Below, in pieces: positions 56,845-64,000 of a DNA stretch of 64,000 bases. The notes beneath the pieces are model-generated. The model was not told the DNA's origin. It worked only from the letters and a program-made list of their open reading frames with translations, and did no database searches. Each line of letters begins with the position of its first letter. The first letter of the stretch is position 1. The stretch is from a virus. The DNA lies in IMG/VR virus record IMGVR_UViG_3300042013_000061, positions 32,001 to 96,000 of that record; one strand, 5' to 3'. A program made the translations under genes and the position numbers.

Positions 56845-57740
56845 TCGATTATTCCTTTCGACAAATTCACAACCAATGTTTCTACGTCGTGGATTTGCGA
56901 TTCGTCAGCCGGTAGCAATGCGACCAGACCGGCTTCGTCAGGCTGCACCATGTTCTGCAAATAACGCAGAATGAATTGGCGCAAATGTTCCTGCACCTCT
57001 TCTTCGTACTGCGCGTAATACTTGCTGCGCTGTCGCATGGGCAGTTTGTCCGCGATGTACCGAACGTAATATTCGATAAATTTCGGTGTCCATTCTACAT
57101 GCAGCAGGTCGGGCATTCTCTTCCAGAAATCCAATACATATTTCCAGTCCGTCATCGCCGTATAAAACATGGCTCGTGGAATGGTATTGTAGAGATATTT
57201 CCGAGTGACTTGCACGCCACCATGAAACTCTTTGACAGATCGAATCACAGCTTTGGTATAGCCGCCAGCAATGTCGAATAAATATCGCTGATCCCGAATC
57301 ATCATCTGCTGCATTCGCGCCGATGTAAGAATATTTAACGGGATGGAAATACTTATAAAATCATTCGCGCTGTCGGTGTCATTTCCCCAAATTGCTGTGT
57401 AGCCGCGCAGCCAATAAACATGCTTTGCAGTTCCCGGCCCGTTGTTGTCTTTCGTTCGGGCGAAGGTGAACACAAGGCCGCTGCGCCGGACATTTTCGTC
57501 AGGCTCCGAAACTAATCCCACACTGGTATGCGTGTATTGAGAATAAACGTTAACCAGTGTGAAACTTGTTTTCAAAATAAACGCTAGCGGAGTCTTTCGC
57601 AGTTGCAATTCCAAGTAATCCAGAATTGCGCGAATATCAATGAGGTATCTATCGGTGTTGTACGTTGTAACGTACCGATCCCCGCCATAAGGCCATGCCG
57701 ATAAACGAAAGTCTAACGGCATTTGCGCATGGATATACAA
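56841..57740 (-). CDS. hypothetical protein
   Basis: 299-aa ORF in the late operon. Confidence 0.7.
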   Translation of the reverse strand: MYIHAQMPLDFRLSAWPYGGDRYVTTYNTDRYLIDIRAILDYLELQLRKTPLAFILKTSFTLVNVYSQYTHTSVGLVSEPDENVRRSGLVFTFARTKDNNGPGTAKHVYWLRGYTAIWGNDTDSANDFISISIPLNILTSARMQQMMIRDQRYLFDIAGGYTKAVIRSVKEFHGGVQVTRKYLYNTIPRAMFYTAMTDWKYVLDFWKRMPDLLHVEWTPKFIEYYVRYIADKLPMRQRSKYYAQYEEEVQEHLRQFILRYLQNMVQPDEAGLVALLPADESQIHDVETLVVNLSKGIIE

Positions 57741-57742
57741 AC

Positions 57743-58942
57743 TTAATCCCGAATGGTCAGGCTGTAGGTATGCACGCCCGGATCAATGGTGCGCAGAGTT
57801 GGCGAGTATTCTTTATTCAGCAGCTTTTTGATCGACGGAATTGCATTCATGGTGCGAAGAACTTGCGCCTGAATTGAGCGATCACCATCAGGATATTCGA
57901 GGGTAACTTCTGTCGCTTCAACAGTAACGCCGGTAACGCCTTCGATTGCGGAAAGACGCGTGGTAACTTCGGTCGCGTCGAGGTCGAGTTCAACCGGGGC
58001 GGCGAACGCAGCAACGTCAGCGATTGCGAATTTACGCGGCATCACTTTATCCAAATCTTTTGCGAGTGCTGCGGTATCGTTACCATTCAATTCGGAACCG
58101 ATTGCGTACAGACCCGGCAGACCGACTTTATCGTGAACGGCGACATACGCTTTCATCGAGAACGCATCGTCAGTTGGTGTCAAACGCGCAGTGATAATTA
58201 CAACCTTTGCACGTTCGGTCACACCGGCAGCAGGCCAGTGACTGATATCGCAGTTCAACACGAAATCCATCACGTCATTTTTGATACCGACGTTGATGTA
58301 ATAATCGAGTTCTGCATCGCTGAAATACGGAGGATCAATTTTCGCTTTTTTCGCTGCTTCAATTGCGGCGTCACGCGCTTTGATATAATCCGCATCCAGA
58401 GCGTCGAAGTATTTCTGCACACGTTTGAACAAATCACCCACGGCTTCTGGAATGTGATTGTCGGCAACGTCGCTCATGTTTTGCAGTGCTTCAGTGTAAA
58501 CGTCGATCAGTGCATCACGATCACGGTTCAAATTCGGCACGAGTTTATTCAGGCTTTTGTTTTCGGACGCGGCGAACAATTCAATCATGCGTTCCAGTTC
58601 GTCGATTGCTTGACGGGAATCAAGTGCGTCGATGTATTGTTTCAGAACACGCGGGCCGGGGGTATCAACCTTTTGAACAATGAGGCCGAAGCCTGCATTC
58701 TTTCCGCCTTTTTTACCGCTGGTTGCGCCCTTACCTTGACCGCCAGAAACACGACCAATAAAGTCCGTGCTTTCCGATGCGGTGGAGAGCATGCGCTTGC
58801 CAAAAACTTTACCTTTGAAGAGTTTCAAAAGGCTGGTGAACTTGGAGATAATACGACGATAAACCGGCTTGCGTTTATTGTAGTATTTCAACAGTTGTTC
58901 GTCTGTCATCTTGTTAAGGAAGGCAACGTTCTGTTTGCTCAT
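57743..58942 (-). CDS. hypothetical protein, probably virion-associated
   Basis: 399 aa; basic N-terminus ending in LSTAS. Confidence 0.75.
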   Translation of the reverse strand: MSKQNVAFLNKMTDEQLLKYYNKRKPVYRRIISKFTSLLKLFKGKVFGKRMLSTASESTDFIGRVSGGQGKGATSGKKGGKNAGFGLIVQKVDTPGPRVLKQYIDALDSRQAIDELERMIELFAASENKSLNKLVPNLNRDRDALIDVYTEALQNMSDVADNHIPEAVGDLFKRVQKYFDALDADYIKARDAAIEAAKKAKIDPPYFSDAELDYYINVGIKNDVMDFVLNCDISHWPAAGVTERAKVVIITARLTPTDDAFSMKAYVAVHDKVGLPGLYAIGSELNGNDTAALAKDLDKVMPRKFAIADVAAFAAPVELDLDATEVTTRLSAIEGVTGVTVEATEVTLEYPDGDRSIQAQVLRTMNAIPSIKKLLNKEYSPTLRTIDPGVHTYSLTIRD

Positions 58943-59955
58943 GATGGTTCCATAATTGTGTTGAGTTTTACTTTTTCATCCTTGCTGACATTCAAGATTT
59001 TAGTCAGCTTACTCAGCGAACGCGCATCATAGATTTTGCGTTTACCGACGATGAACGAAATCATCCGGTTTTCACCATACTGCGAGACGCGGTGAATAAT
59101 ATCCGTGTTAGGGAGATTCACGGCACGCTTCAGATACGGGAGAACTTGAGCAAGGAATTTGTTAATGTCGTCGGGCTGCACAAAAGGTTTCAAAATAACG
59201 TTCAATTTATCGTCCGTCACTTCGATATCTTGCACCATGTTCGACGCCAGCAGCGAATCGTCTTTCGGCTCGGGTTTACCCACGTATTCGAAATCAGACA
59301 GATTGCCCATGATGTAGGTTTGCACGTCTTTTGCGGTATCCACATTGGATTCCTCAGACGATACAAAAGGCGAGTCAGGAATAGACACGCGATATTGCCC
59401 GCCGCTAAGCGAAAGCTTTACGGTGATTGGGCCGCTAACAAAACCGTTTTTATCCGTTACGCCATGATCCGTCCGAAAACAAATCATTTGATTCTCAGGC
59501 AGACGAATGTGTAACTGAGTCGTCGGACTAATGCGCGAAAGAATGCGGTATACGGTTTCCGAAAGGTACGACAAATGCTTATCCATACGGGATGCGCAAA
59601 CGCCGTCGATCAAATCCATAATGGTCTTTTGAAACGACCGGATGTTTGTTTGCTGTGCGTTAATCATATTGAAACAACGATCACGCTTTGAATCGGAAAA
59701 CTCTTGCGCAACCGAACGTGCGCAGCGCAATTCAACTAATGAATCAACACAGAATTGCAAGGCTTCAACAGCGTCACTGACTTTCAGGTACGGCAGTTTC
59801 TTTTGGTTGAACTTCGATACCAAAACGCTAAAAGTCGTATTAATCTTTGACAATACAGTAATGACTTCATTCGCGTTTCGGGCGTTCTTTAAATCAATGA
59901 CATTTGGATTGTCATCAATATACTTTGATTGAATTTGCAATGCTCGAACACCCAA
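58939..59955 (-). CDS. hypothetical protein
   Basis: 338-aa ORF; start codon uncertain. Confidence 0.7.
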   Translation of the reverse strand: MGVRALQIQSKYIDDNPNVIDLKNARNANEVITVLSKINTTFSVLVSKFNQKKLPYLKVSDAVEALQFCVDSLVELRCARSVAQEFSDSKRDRCFNMINAQQTNIRSFQKTIMDLIDGVCASRMDKHLSYLSETVYRILSRISPTTQLHIRLPENQMICFRTDHGVTDKNGFVSGPITVKLSLSGGQYRVSIPDSPFVSSEESNVDTAKDVQTYIMGNLSDFEYVGKPEPKDDSLLASNMVQDIEVTDDKLNVILKPFVQPDDINKFLAQVLPYLKRAVNLPNTDIIHRVSQYGENRMISFIVGKRKIYDARSLSKLTKILNVSKDEKVKLNTIMEPS

Positions 59956-59970
59956 ATAAGTGGATATACA

Positions 59971-59979
59971 ATAAAATTA
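59971..59979 (-). promoter_or_regulatory. putative late promoter TAATTTTAT
   Basis: Directly after a terminator; followed by an ATATCCA/TGGGTGT hairpin. Confidence 0.5.
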
Positions 59980-59992
59980 GCGTCCAGATAGC

Positions 59993-60028
59993 AAAAAACC
60001 CGCCGATCCACTAGGGAAGGGCGGGTTT
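59993..60028 (-). terminator. rho-independent terminator (near copy of 45262..45297)
   Basis: AAACCCGCC/GGCGGGTTT stem plus T-run. Confidence 0.8.
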
Positions 60029-60056
60029 CTTTTATTGCAAACCAATCAAACGGCTA

Positions 60057-61427
60057 TTAACCGAAAGCTGGTTTTTTGTTACCGGACTTCTTCGGAACAG
60101 CGCCACCTTTCGGTTTAGCGGCTGCTTTCGGAGCGGCCTTTGGTGCGGCTTTAGCGGCGGCTTTCGGCGCTGCTTTTGCTGCTTTTTTCGGAGCGGCTTT
60201 TGCTGGTGCAGCTTCAGCTTTTGGCTTGGCTGGACGACCACGTTTTTTCGGAGCGACTGCCGGAGCGGCTGCTTCTTTTACTTTGGCTGGGCGACCACGC
60301 TTTTTAGCTGGTGCGGCGGCTGGCGCTGCTTCAGCTTTTGGCTTGGCCGGACGACCGCGTTTCTTTGCCGGTGCTGCTGGTGCTGCTTCGGCTTTTGGTT
60401 TTGCAGGACGACCGCGTTTTTTCGCTGGAGCGGCTGGAGCAGCAGCTTCAGTTTTTACTTTCGCAGGACGACCGCGTTTTTTCGGTGCAGCGGCTGGAGC
60501 GGCGGCAACTTCAGTTTTCACTTTAGCTGGACGGCCACGCTTTTTGGCTGGAGCGGCTGGAGCAGCAGCTTCAGTTTTTGGCTTGGCAGGACGACCGCGT
60601 TTTTTCGCTACTGGAGCCGGTGCAGCATCAGCTTTTGGCTTGGCTGGACGGCCACGCTTTTTGGCTGGTGCAGCTTCAGCAGCCGGAGCGGCAGCAGGTG
60701 CTTTACGCGCTTTTTTCACAGCACCGCCGGTTTTGCCGAAGTGCTTAGTGGAAATAGCTGCGGTTTCTTTTTGTGCAGCAACTTTGCGAGCAGCAACCTT
60801 TTTAGGGTCGATGGTTTGCAGACGCTTGCCTTTCTTGGAGATTGGCTTGGCGCTGAAGTTACCGATGAAATCCTTCAGGCGGAAAACGCCGCGCTTTGCA
60901 GACTGCGCTTTGATTTTGCCGATGGTTTTCTGGTGAGTTTTCACCGCTTTCATACGCTCGCCAGCGAGTTGTTTACGCTCGGAAGCGTAACGCTGTTTCT
61001 CAGCGGCGCGCATTTTCATACGAACGGCAGGAGCGACTTTTGCAGTGCGGATTTTTTGCAGTGCTTTTTTGTGAGCACCGGAAACGGCTTGAGCCTTCGA
61101 TTTCAGTTGACCACGGATGGACTTCTGAGCGGTGACGGCTTGACGTTTCTGTTCCGAAGCGTGCTTACCAGCGTGGCGAAGTTTGCGGTTGGCTTTGTAG
61201 GCACGAACGGCTTTTTTCGCTTCAGCTTCGGTAGCACCGTGACGCATGGCACGCAGAAAAACCGAGTTTTCCAGATGCGCCAGTTTTTCCTGATGCGTCA
61301 TGGTTTTGTAACGGTTTTTTGCAACCTTGTTCAGCTTCGATTTGTTTTTGTTGCGGTATTGTTTAGCCTTTTTGGCAGCAGCGCGTGCCTCGGGGCTTTT
61401 GTCCTTACGGACGACTTTCGTGACCAT
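60057..61427 (-). CDS. histone H1/AlgP-like DNA-binding protein with 8 AT-hooks
   Basis: Extremely Lys/Ala/Pro/Arg-rich; 8 x KKRGRPAK; (P/A)KAA tail. Confidence 0.85.
   Translation of the reverse strand: MVTKVVRKDKSPEARAAAKKAKQYRNKNKSKLNKVAKNRYKTMTHQEKLAHLENSVFLRAMRHGATEAEAKKAVRAYKANRKLRHAGKHASEQKRQAVTAQKSIRGQLKSKAQAVSGAHKKALQKIRTAKVAPAVRMKMRAAEKQRYASERKQLAGERMKAVKTHQKTIGKIKAQSAKRGVFRLKDFIGNFSAKPISKKGKRLQTIDPKKVAARKVAAQKETAAISTKHFGKTGGAVKKARKAPAAAPAAEAAPAKKRGRPAKPKADAAPAPVAKKRGRPAKPKTEAAAPAAPAKKRGRPAKVKTEVAAAPAAAPKKRGRPAKVKTEAAAPAAPAKKRGRPAKPKAEAAPAAPAKKRGRPAKPKAEAAPAAAPAKKRGRPAKVKEAAAPAVAPKKRGRPAKPKAEAAPAKAAPKKAAKAAPKAAAKAAPKAAPKAAAKPKGGAVPKKSGNKKPAFG
60220..60670 (-). repeat. 8 imperfect ~57-63 nt tandem repeats encoding AT-hooks
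   Basis: Repeated AARAARCGYGGYCGYCCNGCNAAR units. Confidence 0.9.
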
Positions 61428-61496
61428 CGGAGCATCCTCGATTATAGGGTTTTGGCAGTTGGCCTACAATCGTAGCGCCACGATGTACCAACTAAT

Positions 61497-61505
61497 AATA
61501 AATTA
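61497..61505 (-). promoter_or_regulatory. putative late promoter TAATTTATT (histone-like gene)
   Basis: Followed by a long hairpin at 61457..61493. Confidence 0.6.
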
Positions 61506-61522
61506 GTATTATCGTGAATTAA

Positions 61523-62572
61523 TTAACTGGCCGAAATCCCCAGCCGGGCACAAGCCTTTTTAACTTCTTTTCGACCGGCTTTAATCAACTCTTTATCAAA
61601 GCCTTCTGCCACCATGAACTCTTTTAAACCAAACATTGGATCAATATCAATGTTTTCCACTTTAATTGAATCATCTTCAGAAACATTCGATTTTTTCGCA
61701 CCAGCCTTATGAATGCCCCCGGTAATGTTCGGGTATTGAATCATTAGGTCTGCTGGAATAGGAACATCTTCAGCCACGTGCAGCTTATAACGAACGTTAT
61801 CCGAGTACGTCAGCTTCTTGTAATCATTCAGATCATTAATCTCTACGTTCTGCAACGTAAAGTTTGGTTTGTTTTCAACGAACTTGTGTTGGAACGCAAC
61901 GCGGTTTCCTTCCATGCTGGCTTTAAAATGAATAAAGCCTTTTGGCAATGCTTCGCCAAAGTTTTTCTGGAATGGATTACCGCAATAAACGGCCCGCTTT
62001 GTTTTCATGAATTGGTATTGGTGAATATGCCCGGAAATAGTGAAATCGTTTTTGTGGGTTTCCAATTCATGTTTGGTTTTTAACGAACGACCGTTATCAC
62101 CAATAGCGCCGCTGTATTCAACGTGCGCAAAGTTCAATGCACCCTGTTTAGTGGACAGGGTTTTCAAGCATGGGTACGGCAGGAAATTCACCGGTACGTT
62201 TTCGATTACAACGCGTTCCGGTTTCAGGACGATTTTCAGACGCTTAAACGCTTTCGACGTTGCCAGCTTGTGCATGAAATTCATCGACGTATTTTCGATA
62301 TCACCGAAATCATGGTTGCCCATGATGTAATACGTGTAAAGGTTTTCATCGTGTCGCAGAAACAAATCGTACAGCTTGCCGTATGTATCCCAATCGAGGT
62401 CTGGTGTATCAGACAAATCGCCCGGAATAAATACGTGTTTAATACCGTTGCTATACGCGTACTGGTAAATCTTTTCCATTTCCGCCAAGATGCGATCATT
62501 TGCATCGGGGAAATGCTTGTTCAATCCGTCAAGGTGAACGTCAGAAAATGCAATGCCTTCAAGATCAGCCAC
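61523..62572 (-). CDS. sbcD: Mre11/SbcD-like nuclease (T4 gp47-like)
   Basis: SDVH, GDLSD, GNHD, SGHIH and G.PFQKNFGE metallophosphoesterase motifs. Confidence 0.9.
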   Translation of the reverse strand: MADLEGIAFSDVHLDGLNKHFPDANDRILAEMEKIYQYAYSNGIKHVFIPGDLSDTPDLDWDTYGKLYDLFLRHDENLYTYYIMGNHDFGDIENTSMNFMHKLATSKAFKRLKIVLKPERVVIENVPVNFLPYPCLKTLSTKQGALNFAHVEYSGAIGDNGRSLKTKHELETHKNDFTISGHIHQYQFMKTKRAVYCGNPFQKNFGEALPKGFIHFKASMEGNRVAFQHKFVENKPNFTLQNVEINDLNDYKKLTYSDNVRYKLHVAEDVPIPADLMIQYPNITGGIHKAGAKKSNVSEDDSIKVENIDIDPMFGLKEFMVAEGFDKELIKAGRKEVKKACARLGISAS

Positions 62573-63008
62573 GTTTTACTTCCACTGTGAATTGAATGTA
62601 TTTCAGGGGGCGCGAAGGTTGGAACGAATACGGCATAACCAACATACCGATCAGACCCCGACCACGCTTTTTCGCCGTGCGTTTGTTACGCAGGAATAAG
62701 TGCGTAATCCGTTCACCGTCAGCCGTGTTCCCGCCGACCAGAACGCCACGGCGATTTCCCCGTTTTTCATCATTTACAGTAAACGATTCGACGATACCTT
62801 CACCCGGCCCGCCGACAGTGAAGTCATTAATGCCACGCCGATCTATTAAATCGTCAAAGAATTTCTTGATAATTGGTTTTGCGTCTGCGGTTTCCATACC
62901 AATTGTGTGTGACAGTTGATCGCTGATATGCTGCACCATTCTGCGCACGTTGATATCGTCGATAGAGCTACGCGCTGGTATGTCGTCGAGGCCAGTGTGG
63001 TCAGTCAT
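62565..63008 (-). CDS. stand-alone tail-sheath C-terminal-domain-like protein
   Basis: INVRRMV..I, FFDDLIDRRGINDFTV and FQPSRPLKYIQFTV motifs. Confidence 0.65.
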   Translation of the reverse strand: MTDHTGLDDIPARSSIDDINVRRMVQHISDQLSHTIGMETADAKPIIKKFFDDLIDRRGINDFTVGGPGEGIVESFTVNDEKRGNRRGVLVGGNTADGERITHLFLRNKRTAKKRGRGLIGMLVMPYSFQPSRPLKYIQFTVEVKRG

Positions 63009-63282
63009 TTTTATATTCTCGTGTGCGCAGGCAGGAACCGAAATACAGGATGTTTTTATCGAACAGGTTATTCACGAATGCCAGCCGGTCTTCGTCAAGA
63101 TCGAATCGCGCTGCAATTTCTGAGAGCTTATCGTTTGTCTTGATGTGGTAGATTCCGAAGTTTTCGACTAAGTGGCGTTCGTACTTGATTTCCGAGGCTG
63201 CGCGTTCCGGGTCACTCCACTGGATACGCTTCTCGAAAATTGCACGATCTTTTTCGTGTACATCGAATTCGTCGGCTGGCAT
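63001..63282 (-). CDS. LysM domain protein
   Basis: YHIKTNDKLSEIAARF......LAFVNNL....LYFGSCL. Confidence 0.7.
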   Translation of the reverse strand: MPADEFDVHEKDRAIFEKRIQWSDPERAASEIKYERHLVENFGIYHIKTNDKLSEIAARFDLDEDRLAFVNNLFDKNILYFGSCLRTREYKND

Positions 63283-63287
63283 TTAAA

Positions 63288-63626
63288 TCACCGTAGTTTG
63301 ATTACTTGGCCCGGAAAGATCAGATGCGGATTTTCCAGATTGTTCAACTGTGCGAGAGTGCGCCACGAATGGCCGGTGCCTTCACCAATGTGCGAAAGCG
63401 TATCGCCTTCTTGCACAATGTACATGCCGTACTCTTTCGACACTTGATAACGCAGTTTTTTCTTCAGCGCTTTCAGTTCGTCGCCGGTGATTTCGTGGAT
63501 TTCCAAACCATGCACGGTCTGGCGTGCGACAGAATCTTTAATCGGAATGTTAGACGCGCTCACTGTGAGGTTGCCGTCAGTCTGAACATGCACATTGCCA
63601 GCGGAAATATCTACTTTGGTATTCAT
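63288..63626 (-). CDS. LysM domain protein
   Basis: YIVQEGDTLSHI.......WRTLAQLNNLENPHLIFPGQVIKL. Confidence 0.88.
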   Translation of the reverse strand: MNTKVDISAGNVHVQTDGNLTVSASNIPIKDSVARQTVHGLEIHEITGDELKALKKKLRYQVSKEYGMYIVQEGDTLSHIGEGTGHSWRTLAQLNNLENPHLIFPGQVIKLR

Positions 63627-63988
63627 GAGATTGGCGGCGCCTCGTCGATTTTCAGTTCTTCGGGAGTTTTAAGATTGCGTGCTGCAAACATGGATGCGCG
63701 CAGACGATTCAAACCTTCGACCGTCAATTGATCTTGCGCGTAATTCTCTTCCGCGTGGAACGGATGATCGACGTGGCCGATGGTGCCAACATTCGGAAAT
63801 TTCTTACCGAATTTTTGCAGCTTGGCTTCTTCGTCGAGGTTACGCACATGCTGATTGAACTGGCGCAGCATCTGATCGTAAGCGGCGCGCTGGTAAACAT
63901 ACGCATTTTGAAACGCAAAGTTTCCGATGTTTGCTTGCTGAATGCAGTAAGCCAGAAACTTTACGGGAGGGCGAATTGGAATTGCCAT
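63623..63988 (-). CDS. hypothetical protein containing an EF-Tu-like NVGTIGHVDH motif
   Basis: 121 aa; AGGA RBS; ATGA overlap with the LysM gene. Confidence 0.7.
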   Translation of the reverse strand: MAIPIRPPVKFLAYCIQQANIGNFAFQNAYVYQRAAYDQMLRQFNQHVRNLDEEAKLQKFGKKFPNVGTIGHVDHPFHAEENYAQDQLTVEGLNRLRASMFAARNLKTPEELKIDEAPPIS

Positions 63989-64000
63989 GACGGTTCCTTG

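Noticed and set aside
60220-60670. Regularly spaced repeats resembling a CRISPR array
   Set aside because: Repeats vary at synonymous positions, the spacers are related Ala/Pro codons, all are in frame, and there are no cas genes
60076-60936. Plus-strand ORF with AGRPRF repeats
   Set aside because: Reverse-complement reading of the AT-hook repeats
1-64000. tRNA, rRNA, integrase or transposase genes
   Set aside because: None recognised by eye and intergenic spaces are very short; tRNAscan-SE was not run

Overview
A 64 kb segment of a jumbo myovirus genome. Gene content and order suggest the Lu11/PaBG/phiRSL1/Erwinia Y3-type ('hairy') jumbo phages of Proteobacteria; this is inferred from recognition, not a database search. 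Essentially all real genes lie on the minus strand and are tightly packed. The long plus-strand ORFs are antisense shadows. The window holds a contractile tail/baseplate module (sheath, two tube-like genes, two gp26-like paralogs, and a 1167-aa tail protein with two peptidoglycan hydrolase domains). The head module has a probable protease, scaffold, decoration protein and major capsid protein. A second tail sheath is followed by Ig-repeat proteins. The replication/recombination set comprises a family A DNA polymerase with an N-terminal UDG-like domain, a beta-clamp-like protein, an SF2 helicase, a 2008-aa SNF2-like ATPase, an NAD ligase, an Mre11/SbcD nuclease and a dCTP deaminase. Other genes include a GT2-TPR glycosyltransferase, a J-domain protein and a histone-like protein with 8 AT-hooks. 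Signals not explained by ordinary annotation are: a TAATTT promoter-like motif followed in 8/8 intergenic copies by a 5' stem-loop; a candidate ~87-nt sRNA; a repeated A-x-A-S motif in head proteins; stand-alone sheath-domain mini-proteins; a 10-residue EF-Tu motif in a small protein; and a small module shared between dCTP deaminase and two neighbouring ORFs. No tRNA, rRNA, CRISPR array, integrase or transposase was recognised.
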